From: Azolla caroliniana
Lineage: Eukaryota; Plantae; Polypodiophyta
DNA length: 64,000 nt
Assembly (NCBI GenBank): GCA_043228905.1
Contig: JBHGNT010000016.1
Coordinates: 5,456,001 to 5,520,000, forward strand
Direction of reading: 5' to 3'
Part shown: positions 1-12,720 of the stretch, piece by piece
Position numbering within the stretch: the stretch's first letter is position 1
How the letters are laid out: each line of letters begins with the position of its first letter
Notes under the pieces: model-generated
Seen by the model: the letters and a program-made list of their open reading frames with translations, nothing else
The model's database searches: none
What the model was told of the DNA's origin: nothing
Translations under genes and position numbers: made by a program

Positions 1-2289
1 TTGAGCTCTATCCCACGCCAAATAGTACGAAGATTGCATATGTCGGTCGAGAACTAGGGGGTAAGGCAGCCGCTTGGTGGTGTAGGCTCCGAACTTTGGG
101 GAAATTTCCCGATACCTGGACAGATTTTGTCAAAGTTTTCAAGGGCCAATTTCTACAACCTCCCTCTCGAACCGAAGCAGCACGAGCTTTAAAGAAAGTT
201 CTCTCTAGCAGGAAGTTTTCCTCATTAGAAGACTATGTTCACCATGCTAGAACCCAAATCCAAAAATTGGGTCTAGAAGGGGACAATTAGTTGATGGCTT
301 GTTTTGTCAATGACATCCCCAATTCGGACTATCAATGGATAGTGCACGATAAGGATCCAAAATCCTTCGAAGAGGCCGTTGAAATAGTTCTTCGCTATCA
401 ACGCACTTCGAAGAAGAACCATAACAAACCCAATGAAGCGCCTGGGACTAAGCAGTCACAATTCGCTGGGAAACGCATGACACCCAACAAATTCATGGAT
501 TGTGATTGTAAGCGACAACATCCTTTTTGTGTATTTTGCAAAAAGAAGGGTCATACAAAATAACAACGTCGAAAGCTCCAACGGAAAGAGCACGACAACA
601 AAGCAAAAGTTGCAGACCATAAAGGTCATATTGCTAATGTCCTTGAGGTCTATACACATCATTTAAGTAATTGTCAATGTTCTTTCCCTCACTATGTATT
701 GGGACCCAATGATTTACTATGTGCAAATGGGTATATCAATGTATCTCCCGTACAATTTTTATTTGATTAGGGAAGCTCACACAATTTTGTGAATGATCGT
801 TTGGTTCAGATATGGGGAATCCAACCCCCCATAAGTGATCACACCTATAGGGTGAACTTGGCTGATGGAAGAGTACAATACATCAACGGGGTGATTCATT
901 CATTAGGAATTTCTATTGATACTTATATAGAAGAAGTAGACTTCCATGTAATGAATCTTTGTACCACTGATGTAATACTGGGTTATACCTGGTTTTTTAA
1001 TAAAAACTCTTCTTTATCTATTGATTAGGTTCATCATTCAATTACGTTTGTACTGAACGATTGTACTCATTTTATTCAATGTGTTAAAAAACAATCTCTT
1101 TCGATTGTTTCCTCTCCATCAATATCCGAGTTGTCTTGTTCTACTTTATTTTATTGTGTACTTGATTCGGACATTCACGGTTCAATTATCATATTTTGAA
1201 CAACAACAACTTGATGAAATCTTAAATGATTTTCGTGATGTTTTCACGAGTGAACTACCACATGGGTTACCTCCTAAATGTAATATAGACCATCATATCG
1301 ATATTGTACTCCTTTTCGAGTGCACCAATAAGTATACCTCCTTATCGCTTAAGTCGATCCGAAGAGGATGAGGTATCTAAGCAACTCAAGAACTATTTAT
1401 GAATGGGTTATATACGTTATAGTAAATCTCCATGGGGTGCACATGTTCTCTTGGTAAAAAAGAAAGAGGGCACATGGCGTATGTGTATTAATTACCGACG
1501 CTTGAATAAAGTGACAATCAAGAATTCATATCCATTGCCCTGGGCTAACGATCTAATTGACTGTCTCCAGGGAGCTCGGTATTTTACGAAACTTGATCTC
1601 CGTACGAGCTACCATCAAATTCGTATAAGTGAGGACGATGTTCCTAAAATGGCATTTCGTACGCGCTATGGTCATGCCTTTTGGTTTGACCAATGCTTCG
1701 GCCACATTTCAACAAGAAATGAATGACATTTTCCGAGAACAACTTGGAAAATTTGCCATTATTTTCTTGGATGATATTCTAGTTTATAGTCGTACATTAG
1801 AAGAACATGCTAAACATGTCTGCTTTGTTTTACAAACATGCTAGTTCTTCAAGAAATCAATTATTTATCTTGGACATCTCATAACTGAACGAGGAGTTGA
1901 AATTGATCCTTCTCGCATCGAGAAAATCAAACTTTGGCCCACTCTTCGGAATATTCGAGAAGTTCGATCATTCCTTGGTTTTGTCGGGTTTTTGCGAAAA
2001 TCCCTTCGTAATTACTCCCAATTGACAACGCCGTTTACTAATATTCTAAAAGGTCAAATGCGTAAGTCAACAAAACCTATTGTGTGGAATGCTACACTAG
2101 ACCTCACCTTTAAGGAACTCAAGGATCTGGTGTGCAAGGCTCCTTCACTTCTTTTACCCGATCCTTCAAAACCTTTTGAAGTTGAAACCGATGCAAGCGA
2201 TTATGCTATAAGTGTTGTCTTATATCAAGATGGTAAACCAATAGCATTTGAGAGTAAGAAACTTGATTCTGCTCAATGTTGGTATACGG

Positions 2290-3009
2290 TGTCGCGTTGC
2301 TACGCACGTGCGTGGAGAAGGGCGGGACCACGGGGGTCTTGGACTAAGGAGTAGAGGAGAAGGAATCAGACATGGAATGGAAGCTTTGCTCAAGAAGAAG
2401 AAGAATGAACAAGAGATTAGATCGAACAAGAGGAAGATGGAGACAAGATGATCAACAAGATGTATTAAAACGAAATGAACGATTACAAAATGGTGGCTGC
2501 ATAGGCCGCACCAAACGACTACTCGAAACCCTAACCGACGAAGATGACGATAAAGATAAAGAAAACCTAATCCTAACCCTAACGCTCGACCTATGTGGTA
2601 TACCTCGCACACTCAAAATAGGCAACCCCCACAATGGTGCCTTCCCTCTCCTTTTATAGCACAAGGAAGGAAGACCGTTTACAAAAGTGAGACTAAAATA
2701 TCCCCTTTCATTCAAAGGGGATATTTGCCTTGATTTGGGGAGGGTGAGATTGATGGCCCCTTAACTCCCACCTCCACACAAACAACTAGGTACCTATGTA
2801 CCGCATAGTACCTCTCTCTCTCTCTCGCGTGGATGTGCGCACAAGACCACATCACCTTTATACCTTAGGGATCCTATGGGGCATTTCTAGCACCATACAC
2901 TTTACCCTTATTACTATTACAAATACATTATGTACGTGTGCAACGTTGCACATCGCTCTTTGGCTCTTGTTGCTCGGGTTTCCGCTTGTGGACGAAAATC
3001 TTCACGACA
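2290..3009 (-). mobile_element. Solo LTR of the tRNA-Trp gypsy group (same LTR family as 17183-17857)
   Basis: Termini TGTCGCG...TCACGACA; 4-bp TSD ACGG at 2286-2289 and 3010-3013. Removing it restores the host RNase H motif YTVQEKELFAVIHALK. Confidence 0.92.
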
Positions 3010-3935
3010 ACGGTTCAAGAAAAGGAATTATTTGCAGTTATACATGCGCTCAAAACATAGCGCCATTATCTTTATGGAAATCGTTTTGTGGTAACTACGG
3101 ACCACGAGTCCTTGAAATATTTTTGTGACCAACAAGACTTGAAAGGTCATAAGGCACGATGTGCTGATCTCATCCAAGACTTTGATTTTTCCATACGATA
3201 TTGTAAAGGTTCCATGAACATTGTCATTGATGCACTAAGTCGCATCCGTGAAGTTAACATGCTTAGCTTCACTAAAATAACATCAGATCTTTATGATCAC
3301 CTTTGAGGAAAGTATCCTAATGACAGTTATTTTTTGAAATATTGGGCAAGAGTTGAGTATGGAACAGACACCACCACATCCTCGAAGGAATACTTCCACA
3401 TTGCTAATGGTCCGCTCTACCGTAATAGGAAAGTCTGTGTTCCAGATTTGCCTGAGGTCAAAAAGAGAATTCTTTTTGAATGCCATGATGCACCCTCAGC
3501 AAGGCACCCTAGAACATATTGTACACTCTTTCTCATCTCCACTCAATTCTTTTCGCCTAAGATGTGCCATGACATACATAGTTATGTGACTAAATGTTAC
3601 CAATGTCAGGTTAACAAAGCCGAGCGACTTAAAGCCGCGGGACTTTTACATCCCTTGGACATTCCCAATAATATGTGGGAAAGTATATCCATGGATTTTA
3701 TTGTTAGCCTTCCTTGCACCCAAAAAGGTCATGATGCCATCTGGGTTGTGGTTGATAGACTAACGAAAACGACCAGATTTATTGCTACTAAAACCACGGT
3801 AACGGCTCCTGAATTGGCTTACCAATTCGTTGACGAGTTATTTCGTTTTTATGGGTTACCAATGGATATCGTGAGTGATCGAGATCCAAAGTTTACTAGT
3901 GACTTCTTGACGCAAGTCTTTAAGAAGTTAGAAAT

Positions 3936-4308
3936 TGTTAGGAAACAGGTCCCTCCGGATGGGAAGTGAGAAGAACAGTGTTGATGAGCAAACTCAGCCG
4001 AGGCCGAAACCGGATGTGGAGTACCCGGCAACGGAAGACCCGGTGAGAACTGGATGTGGAGTACCCGGCTACGGAAGACCTAGTGAGAACCGGATGACGA
4101 GTACCCGGCAAGAGCCGGATGGTGAAAGCCCGGTGAGAAGTACTCACCGGATGAAGGGACATATTCGTAAATATGTTTTCTGAGAGTCCATCGGGGCTAT
4201 ATTTGTAAATAGCCAAAAAGTCATATTAGTATAAATATGACTTAGGGCAAACTTAGTGGTATTGTAGTTGTCATTCTTGTTAGTGCAAGATTTGAGTGCG
4301 TAACTGTG

Positions 4309-4376
<68 letters not shown>

Positions 4377-4644
4377 GAGGTCGTTGCCTCTGTTGTAACC
4401 GCCGCCTGTGGTGAAGGTAGCAAGCTTGAGGTCATTGCCTCGGTGCTTTACTATTGTACATTGTGATATATTGATAGTTTGTAGTCTGTGGGCTACCGTG
4501 GTTTTTCCCTAGTTTGGGTTTTCCACGTTAACATCCTGTGTACTCTTCTCTTCACTGTGTCGTGTGTTCATTACCCGTTTTCTGTGTTTGATTCTAGCCT
4601 CGGTTGTGGCCTCGGTTGTTCATCGGGAGCGTGTATTCTTGTCA
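3936..4644 (+). mobile_element. Solo LTR of the copia B/C family
   Basis: TGTTAGGAAACAGG...GTCA, homologous to the LTRs at 26360 and 40005. TSD GAAAT/GAAAC (1 mismatch). Removal restores the integrase sequence KKLETTLSMSS. Confidence 0.9.
4312..4372. repeat. (AG)n microsatellite within the copia LTR
   Basis: About 30 AG units, directly visible. Confidence 0.95.
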
Positions 4645-7083
4645 GAAACTACGTTGAGCATGAGCTCCAAGGATCATCCTCAATCCGATGGACAGACAGA
4701 ACAAGTAAATCAAATTATTGAGGACATGCTTCGAGCATATGTTGGTGCAAAACCAACAAAATGGGAACATTATCTCCCAATTTTGGAGTTTGCTTATAAC
4801 AACTCCAAGCATACGTCGACGGGATATAGTCCTTTTATGTTGATGTATGGTTTTCAGCCACGAGCCCCGATTGATGTTAATATACATCATGATGAGTTGC
4901 AAAGTACGCAAAACTTTCTTTGGGATATGCAAGATATGTTGCATATTGCACGAGATAATATAAAACCAGCTCAAGATAGACCGTGTTTTTGCGCCGATCA
5001 TAATTGGCAACCTCATGTATTCAACCCTGGATAGAAGGTATTTACGTGTACCTCACAATTCTAAGAGATTGTCTAGGGGTAAGTGTGCTAAGTTAGCCCC
5101 ACGGTTTTGTGGACCTTTCCAAGTCCTCAAACGCATTGGTTCATCAGCCTATCGTTTCGCTCTTCCCGATGGCGTTGAAATTCATCCAGTTTTTCATGTA
5201 AGTCGTCTAAAAGAACTTCTAGGTTCTTGCGACAATAAAGTTACAACTGAAACTCTGGTTACTTCTGAAGAATTATCTTCTAAACCACATGTACCAGAAA
5301 GAATTCTAGATGTTAAAACAAAAAACATGCGTACTAAAATAATTCGAGAATTTAAAATTAAATGGATGGATAAATCTATCAAAGATGCCACATGGGAACG
5401 CGAAAATACTTTTAGAACTAACTTCCCTAACTTTCCGTTGCAAGAGTGTAATGTTTTAAAGAGGGGGATTATGTTACGGGCATGACATATAATATCCTGT
5501 GGTGAGAATTTACCGTAGTATTCTATACACGTGGATAAGTGTGAGGGTTAAACAAGAGTGTAAAGAAGGGAGGATTACTTTTAATCCTCGGGATTGAGAC
5601 AACGCATTAGGCCAAGTGTGAACTTGCATGGGGACCTTGGGTCTCGCTATAAATATGAGGCCTACCTACCCTCGTTTGATCATCTCTTGACTACGTCGAG
5701 ACTCTGTTTTGTGGTGGGTCAACTCTTGTTGCGAGTGCACTAGCACCAGGTATGACTCGACACCACAACGGTGGTATGGGACGCCGATCGAGGCTCGAGT
5801 CCGTCTCGATCCCTTCGCTCGGGGGTGGTCGGGTGGATCAACACCCTTCTTTCTCTCTCTCCTTCTTATTTCTTATATCGTTTATCCTTACATTAGATCA
5901 TAACTCTAACAATGCATCTATAATTGCTTCTAACATTAGGGAACATACACTATACTTAATAAGTACAATGTATAGTGTTATGTAAATATTGGCAACCTAT
6001 CCTCACATGTGTGCACATTATGTCAAAAGACGTCAAGACTAACGTCTCTCTTCACAATATGTCGAAATAAGTATAATGTTCTGTAAATATTGAGGACCTA
6101 TCCTCACATATGTTATGTGTGCATAACAAATACAAGAGATTATAATCATTGGTAAAACGACATATAACCTCGTAAACGTCAATCAACCCATGGATGTTTT
6201 TCAGTTTGTAGAGGTAAAGGACCTTGCATCAGTGTTACATTTTGTAGTTCTTGCCAAATAAACCCATAGTTGGGCGTGATACGTATTAATTGTCACGTTG
6301 TCGTGAAGAAAACCGTCCATAGGCGGAATCGGCGCACCAAGGCGTGGGAACCGGTTCTTCACGCGCGCACGCTCCATGTTGTACATAGAAGCGAATTAGG
6401 GGAAATCGGCAGGAACGGGCCCTAACTCAAGTGGAGACAAAGACCGCGCGAACAGTCTTTTCGGTTGCGCGCGCGAACTGTACGAGTCGGCGGCGTAACT
6501 ACGCGGATGCGTGAAGAACGGAGCGGATCCCTGTCCAAAGGGACAGGGAATAAAGCTGACATGACGGCCTGCTCGTCGGCATATATAAGGAGCAGGAAAG
6601 AGCTGTTGCAAATATCTCGCGCAGAGAGGACGAAGTGCTGTCGGACCGTTTCTGGACGCTTCTCTCTCTGTTTCCTTCCTTCTTGAGCTCCATAGCTTCT
6701 GTGCAGGGTTCCGAGGAGGCTCGCGCTGTTTCGAGGAACGCCCGAGTGCTTCCGGCAGCACCTCCGAGCTGCTACCCCGTTTGTGCGTCGAAGCGAACAG
6801 GCATCGGCATCTGTTCGCCGGCCTGTTCGGTTGTAACCAACCTGTGCCCCATCGAGGGTTGTAGTCGTGTTAGCCATTTTTGTTAATATACATATTTAGT
6901 CGTTCGTGTCTGTCTGTGTCGGTGTCTGTTCGCGTTCTCCGTGCTGAAGGGCCGTGTCCCTGTGTATCCCCGGTCCTGCGTAGCCGGTTCTCCCTCTTTC
7001 TCCTCCCTCGCTTGCTCTTTGGTTCGAGACCCCCGCGGTCCCGCCTCATCTCCACACGCACTTGCAAAATATCTCGACATCTT

Positions 7084-7101
7084 TGGTGAACCCGACGTGA
7101 A
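7084..7101 (+). promoter_or_regulatory. Primer-binding site, tRNA-Trp
   Basis: TGGTGAACCCGACGTGAA is the complement of the plant tRNA-Trp 3' end (TTCACGTCGGGTTCACCA, recalled). It starts 4 nt after the LTR. The same PBS occurs at ~17141-17158 (-) and, with one mismatch, at 17862-17879. Confidence 0.85.
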
Positions 7102-7123
7102 AGAGGCGGCAGAAGAGCAGAAG

Positions 7124-9250
7124 ATGAGGGGGTCGGATCTCGCAGAGGCCATGGCTTCGGCCGTGGATCGGATTGTAAACGCGCGCGAGATCACCGGTGC
7201 CCTCGACAGAGCTATTGAGGCGGTCGTCGGCACGATCGGCCGGTTCGACGGGAAGGATGCCACGAAGTATTTGGCGTCCTACGGTGCAGAGATGCTGATG
7301 CGGGACATTCCGGAAGAAAGGCGTCTTGCCGGATTTCCCCGAGTGGCGATGCCGAGCATCCATGCGGAGGTGCTCGAGGTGCGGACAGAGAGCCGTACCT
7401 GGGAGGAGTTCGAAGGTCGGCTCCTAGAGAAATCTGGGCTGGACGACGCGCTCCGGCTTTCGAAGCGAAGGTTCATGGAATGGGTGGAGTCCCCGGGGAA
7501 GGGAAGAAACGCGTCGGCGCTCCTCCGGGAGTTCGAGGAAAACTTTGCGCGCCTTTCGGCGCTCGACCGAACCATCCTGGACACGAGCCGGGTCTTGCTG
7601 TTTGTCAAGTCGGTCGACGAGCGGGATCGGGAGCAAGTGGGCCTCTTGCTGGAAACCGAAGACGGGCTCACTACCGACTGGGCGGCTGTCAGGAAGGTCT
7701 GTGGCCGTTTCGACAAACGGCGAGAATGGGCGGATAACGGGGCGACCGGGTCGGGCTCGGTCGCAGCAAGGAAGCCTGAACCAGCGCCACAGGTGCGCAA
7801 GGAAGAGACCCAGGGGTGGTTGGAAACCGGTTCGGCTTCGACCGGCGTAGTCAGAGGCTCAACCGGAGGAGCGGCGCTGGAGGAATTGACGAAGGCGATA
7901 AAGGACCTCCAAATCGCGCAGGCCCGAAGGGAAGGAGGCGAACCGGCTCGTGACCGACGGCCGGCGGCAGGAAACAGGTGCATGTGGTGCGATGAAGTCG
8001 GCCACATTCGGAAGGACTGCGGCGACTTCGCGGAGGCGCTGAGGAACAGGGTGGTGTACCTGTGGGAAGGACGGGTGCATGCCAGCGACACCCGAAGGGC
8101 CCTGAGCCGAAACGACGGAAAAGGTGGTATGAAAAGGTTGATGGAAGAGGCGGCGGCCCGACACGCGGAAACCGTCCACTACTCGGCGTCGGCCGGCATT
8201 CGAGTCGGGGGTTGCGAGGCCCGAAGGGAAAGCAAAGCCGGATTCTGGCCGACGATGCTGGAAGGCCTTGCCGGTGCAAGGCTTAAAGGGGAGGAATCGG
8301 ACCGTGCGGAGAAACGGGTACGGGAGATGACCGGGTGGAGCGACCCGGTCGAGGAAAGGACGGGCTTCGTGGAAGCCGCTTGCCAAAACTACGAGGCTCT
8401 GGTAGAAGAGAAGCGGGTGGGGAGACCCGGGACGACCGGGCCCTCACAACGATACGAGACCCGGTCCGGGCCACGACGGGACGAAGCCGGCGGGGCCGGT
8501 ACGCAAGATAAACCCCAGAAGGGCGGGTACCGTCTGGGGACGGAGATAGAAAGGACCACGGACTTACGAAAGGTCCTGGAGGAACGGATCCTCGACAGCA
8601 AGGTGGAGCTGTCGTTACGAGAGGTGCTGGGAATCGCCAAGAAGGAGTTCCACGACTCCATCGTGGACCTGGTGAAACGGAAGAGGCTGTCGACGGAGAC
8701 AGAACCGGAAAGACCGGTGGAAGTGCGGACGACGCACCTAGACGACATGGCGCTGGGAGACGAGTGGGCGGAAAGCCACTATTCGAGACCACACTGGGCC
8801 CGAGCGACCACGGAAACCCCGGTGAGGATCGGCGATGTCCAGGAACCGGTGATAGCTTTGGTGGACCACGGATCGGAGATCAATTTGATGTCCATGGACT
8901 TCTATAAGAAGGGCAAATGGCCGATCAACACCAAGCACGGGTGGAAAATAAGGGCAGCAACGCGCGCCACCGAGGAACTGCACGGGGCCTGTCCGAATGT
9001 GCGAGTCAAGATCGGCGACGTCGAGATTGACCAGCACTTCTTCGTGCAGGAGACGTCTTCGCATCCAGTCATTCTGGGAGAGCCGTACATCACGGCGGCG
9101 CGAATGGAGACCAAAGTGCTGGACAATGGTTCGGCCTACGCAAGGGTCAAAAGCCAAGACGGGCGCCATTCGGTCCAGTTTCTGACGGTACGGCCGAACC
9201 ACGAACGTAACCGCGATTCCCTCGGTTCCGAAAACCGAGAGGATTTTTAG
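7124..9250 (+). CDS. gag: Gag-protease polyprotein (~708 aa)
   Basis: First ATG after the PBS in ORF 6941-9250. CCHC zinc knuckle CMWCDEVGHIRKDC; aspartic protease ALVDHGSEINLM...VILGEPY. Confidence 0.9.
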   Translation: MRGSDLAEAMASAVDRIVNAREITGALDRAIEAVVGTIGRFDGKDATKYLASYGAEMLMRDIPEERRLAGFPRVAMPSIHAEVLEVRTESRTWEEFEGRLLEKSGLDDALRLSKRRFMEWVESPGKGRNASALLREFEENFARLSALDRTILDTSRVLLFVKSVDERDREQVGLLLETEDGLTTDWAAVRKVCGRFDKRREWADNGATGSGSVAARKPEPAPQVRKEETQGWLETGSASTGVVRGSTGGAALEELTKAIKDLQIAQARREGGEPARDRRPAAGNRCMWCDEVGHIRKDCGDFAEALRNRVVYLWEGRVHASDTRRALSRNDGKGGMKRLMEEAAARHAETVHYSASAGIRVGGCEARRESKAGFWPTMLEGLAGARLKGEESDRAEKRVREMTGWSDPVEERTGFVEAACQNYEALVEEKRVGRPGTTGPSQRYETRSGPRRDEAGGAGTQDKPQKGGYRLGTEIERTTDLRKVLEERILDSKVELSLREVLGIAKKEFHDSIVDLVKRKRLSTETEPERPVEVRTTHLDDMALGDEWAESHYSRPHWARATTETPVRIGDVQEPVIALVDHGSEINLMSMDFYKKGKWPINTKHGWKIRAATRATEELHGACPNVRVKIGDVEIDQHFFVQETSSHPVILGEPYITAARMETKVLDNGSAYARVKSQDGRHSVQFLTVRPNHERNRDSLGSENREDF

Positions 9251-12200
9251 AGAGGACTGCCAAGGCGTGGGGCCGCGACAGTCCGGATGCTCCGGGAAAA
9301 CCCCACATCTGTACGATAAAACCGTGTACAATAGGTAGGAAATTTTGCTTCTCCGACAGCGGAGCATGTACGATGGTCGGCATCACCGGCCGAGAGAAAA
9401 CAAAGACGGAGGGGAGACTTCGGGCGTGCGGAGTTCTCGGCCCTGACGAAGGAATCAACGGAGCCGTGGAGGCAGTCTCTTTCGACGACACCTTGGGAAT
9501 GCTGGGGAAGGTAGTCGAAGAAGACCTTAACGAAGACCGGACGATACCGGTATGTTCCGAAGAAATGTACGAAGTCATCGCGGACTTCGGTCGAGGGCTC
9601 GAGTCGGAACGGACGGCCCGAGTGAGCACCAAGTACAAGACGGTGGACCGGAAGGTGAGGCCAGTTGCGGCGCCCTTACCGGAGGGCAGTGAATCCCGGA
9701 TTAAAGGGGTTGCATCGGACCCCAGCTTACGAGATCGGGCCTGCATAGGACACACCTTCACCGACGAGACGCTCCGCGAGCTGAAGATCGGTGGGGGCGG
9801 GTTCCTACTGCCGGCGGAGGAAGACCGGTTCCGGAGAATGCTCGGAAGGCACGGGAAAGCCTTCGCATTCTCGCCGAAGGAAATCGGGTGCGTGGACCCG
9901 ACGATCGTAGAGCCGATGGTGATATTCACGGTACCGTGGAATCTCAAGCCAATTTCGGTTCCGAGAGCTCACATCCCGAAGTTGATGGAGCTGTTGAAAC
10001 AGAAAGTTGATATGGGCATTCTCGAGCCGTCGAGCGCCCCGTATTCAAACCGCTGGTTTACCGTGCCAAAGAAAAACGGATCATTGCGCTTCATTCAGGA
10101 CCTGCAGCCGGTCAATAGAGTGACCATTCGGAACGCAGGGATCGGACCGACCATAGACGAGTTCGCGGAGGCCTTCGCCGGAAGGTCGATTTACTCGGTC
10201 GGTGATCTATACTCAGGGTACGACCAGTTCCAGCTAGCCGTGGAAAGCAGAGACATTACGACGATGCGAACTCCCCTCGGCCTAGTGCGGATGTGTACGC
10301 TGCCGCAAGGAGGGACCAACTCAGTGGCCCACATGGTGAATGCGATGAACAAGGTGCTGAGGGACTGCATCCCGGACATCACCATGCCGTTTCTAGACGA
10401 CATCCCGATCAAGGGATGCCCGGTAGAAGAGAAGGACGAGACGGTCGGGCCGGACGGATGCCGGCGATTCGTGATGGCGCACATCGACGACTGCGAGAAG
10501 GTGCTGCAAAGGCTAGAGGATGCGAGGCTCACCTTCTCGGGGGAGAAATCAGCCTTCGGGCAGTCGGAAATCATGGTGGTCGGACACTTATGTGGGCCAT
10601 ATGGCCGGAAACCGTCTCCGGCAAAGGTAGAAGCCATCTCCGCGATGAAGCCCGACTGCAGCTCGGTCACGGAAGTACGTAGATTCCTGGGGGCATGCGC
10701 ATTCTACCACATATGGATCCCGCATTACGCCCATGTTGCGGAGCCGCTATACGGATTATTGAGGAAAGGGCGAAGATTCGAATGGCTAGACAAGCACAAG
10801 GAGTCGGTCCGGAAGCTGAAGGAGGCTCTCTCGGCAGCACCGGCGCTCCGAAAGGCCGTCTACAGAAAGGGCACCCCAGTGTACATAACGGTTGACACGA
10901 GTCCGACCGGAATCGGGTGGGTCGTCAACCAAGAAGACGGAGACGGCAATCGGTTTCCAATCCGATTCGGCGCGAAGGTCCTCAGCGAACGGCAGCGAGG
11001 ATACGCCCAGGTTAAACGCGAACTCTGGGGTATCGTTTCGGCGGTGAAAGCCGACAAGGACTATCTGATCGGGACAGAGGTAATCATAGAGACGGATTGC
11101 ATGCCGATTCTCGGCATGGTTTCCGGGTGCGCAACGCCGGACCTGGCAATGCTCAGGTGGATAGCGTACATCAAGTCCCTGGACCCGGGAATACGACACA
11201 TTTCCGGGAAAGACAACGCCATGGCCGACATGCTTTCGAGGGCGAGATTCGATGACGAGAGCGGCATGATTTCGGAGGACGAAGAGGTCGGCGTGGACTT
11301 CTTCGAGACTGCGTATGTAACAACCGACGGGACAAGCACTCCGGCGCTTAACGACTTCGACGCGAGCAAGTACGACGGGGAGTGGCTGCAGATCGGTGGG
11401 TTTTTGAAGACAATGACGCCCGATGCGTCATGGACGAAGGACGAGGCCAACCGGATCCGGAAGAAAGCGTACCGGTTCTTTCTCCGGGACGGATACTTGT
11501 GGAAGCACCCGAAGAGGAGGAACGGCGTCCCGCTCCGGGTGGTGGCGATGAAGGAAGAACAGGAGGAGCTGCTGACGGCCTACCACGACAGCCCTTGGGC
11601 TGGACACCGTGGAACATGGGCTACGTTTGAGAAACTGAAGGGGAAGTATTGGTGGCCGGGGCAGTACCAGGACGTGCATCGGTTCGTGACAACTTGCGAG
11701 AGCTGTCAGATGCACTCCATAGTCCGACATCGGGACGAGCTTCACCCCACGTACCCTCCGACCATCCACTTCAAATGGATGGTAGATCTGGTAACGATGC
11801 CAATGGGAGTAGGACAGATGCGGTACCTGGTCCTAGCGCGGGAGGATCTGACGAACCAGGTGGAAGGCCGGGCCCTTCCGAACAAAACGACCGCGGCCGT
11901 ATGCCGGTTCCTAATCGAAGACGTGATATGCCGGTACGGGTGCGTCGGAAAGATCGTGGCTGACCGAGGGGAGTTGGACGCTGAAGAAGCCGCGGAGCTG
12001 TTCGACCGGCTGGGAGTCAAGCTCTCGCTCACCACTGCGTACAATCCGGAGGCGAATGGGAAGGTGGAGCGCGGACACGGGCCGATCGTCAAGGCGTTGG
12101 TTCGGGCATGCAGAGGCCAAGTCGGTAACTGGCCGCGGCTGCTACCTTATGCCTTGTGGGCAGACCGGACCACGCACAGTTCGGTAACCGGGTACATGCC

Positions 12201-12720
12201 GACGGAGCTCATGTTCGGCCAGAAGCCGATCATGCCGATGGAACGGACGATCTCCTCGTGGGCAACGGTCGACTGGAGGGACGAGATGAACCGGGAGGAG
12301 TTGTTGGCCGCGCGTATACGACAGCTCGAGCGGAGACCGGAGGACGTGGAACTGGCTGCGGAGAGGCTCCGGGTGGCGAGGGCAAAGAACAAAGGCAGGT
12401 TCGACCGAACGCACCGGCTCCGACCGAAGAAAATCGAAGAAGGTGACTGGGTGCTCGTCTACGACAGCAGCCTCGACAACCAGCACCGAGCCACACGGAA
12501 GTTCGCACGAAGGTGGTTCGGGCCTTACATGGTACGGAGCGCCAATGACAACGGGACATATCACCTGGCGGAACTTGACGGCACGAGAGTGGCGATACCG
12601 GTTGCAGGGAAGCGGATCAAAGCGTTCAAGAAGCGTCATGACGACGAGCCGGACCCGGCTCTCCTAGTCGGCAGTGACGAACGATCCGAAAATGAGGAAG
12701 GACTGACGGGCGAGGAATGA
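9241..12720 (+). CDS. pol: Pol (RT-RNase H-integrase), probably entered by -1 frameshift
   Basis: 1115-aa ORF from 9373, with the frame open back to 9241. RT LPQGGTNS/FLDD; RNase H VDTS..KRELWG..ETD..ADMLSR; integrase HDSPWAGH..CESC, VDL..ADRG..GKVERGH. No chromodomain. Confidence 0.93.
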   Translation, partial: GFLERTAKAWGRDSPDAPGKPHICTIKPCTIGRKFCFSDSGACTMVGITGREKTKTEGRLRACGVLGPDEGINGAVEAVSFDDTLGMLGKVVEEDLNEDRTIPVCSEEMYEVIADFGRGLESERTARVSTKYKTVDRKVRPVAAPLPEGSESRIKGVASDPSLRDRACIGHTFTDETLRELKIGGGGFLLPAEEDRFRRMLGRHGKAFAFSPKEIGCVDPTIVEPMVIFTVPWNLKPISVPRAHIPKLMELLKQKVDMGILEPSSAPYSNRWFTVPKKNGSLRFIQDLQPVNRVTIRNAGIGPTIDEFAEAFAGRSIYSVGDLYSGYDQFQLAVESRDITTMRTPLGLVRMCTLPQGGTNSVAHMVNAMNKVLRDCIPDITMPFLDDIPIKGCPVEEKDETVGPDGCRRFVMAHIDDCEKVLQRLEDARLTFSGEKSAFGQSEIMVVGHLCGPYGRKPSPAKVEAISAMKPDCSSVTEVRRFLGACAFYHIWIPHYAHVAEPLYGLLRKGRRFEWLDKHKESVRKLKEALSAAPALRKAVYRKGTPVYITVDTSPTGIGWVVNQEDGDGNRFPIRFGAKVLSERQRGYAQVKRELWGIVSAVKADKDYLIGTEVIIETDCMPILGMVSGCATPDLAMLRWIAYIKSLDPGIRHISGKDNAMADMLSRARFDDESGMISEDEEVGVDFFETAYVTTDGTSTPALNDFDASKYDGEWLQIGGFLKTMTPDASWTKDEANRIRKKAYRFFLRDGYLWKHPKRRNGVPLRVVAMKEEQEELLTAYHDSPWAGHRGTWATFEKLKGKYWWPGQYQDVHRFVTTCESCQMHSIVRHRDELHPTYPPTIHFKWMVDLVTMPMGVGQMRYLVLAREDLTNQVEGRALPNKTTAAVCRFLIEDVICRYGCVGKIVADRGELDAEEAAELFDRLGVKLSLTTAYNPEANGKVERGHGPIVKALVRACRGQVGNWPRLLPYALWADRTTHSSVTGYMPTELMFGQKPIMPMERTISSWATVDWRDEMNREELLAARIRQLERRPEDVELAAERLRVARAKNKGRFDRTHRLRPKKIEEGDWVLVYDSSLDNQHRATRKFARRWFGPYMVRSANDNGTYHLAELDGTRVAIPVAGKRIKAFKKRHDDEPDPALLVGSDERSENEEGLTGEE

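Larger units (their letters stand above)
1..5892 (+). mobile_element. Degenerate Ty3/gypsy chromovirus LTR retrotransposon, 5' part outside the window
   Basis: Frameshifted and stopped gag (96-563, CxxCxxxxH), PR remnant, RT ([27 protein letters not shown]), RNase H (ETDASDYA), integrase (HDAP..CYQC, HPQSDGQTE) and chromodomain (PERILD..KW..DATWE, 5015-5485). PPT AAAGAGGGGGA at ~5458-5468; 3' LTR starts TGTTAC at 5472. Right end of the LTR is uncertain (5892-5935). Confidence 0.9.
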
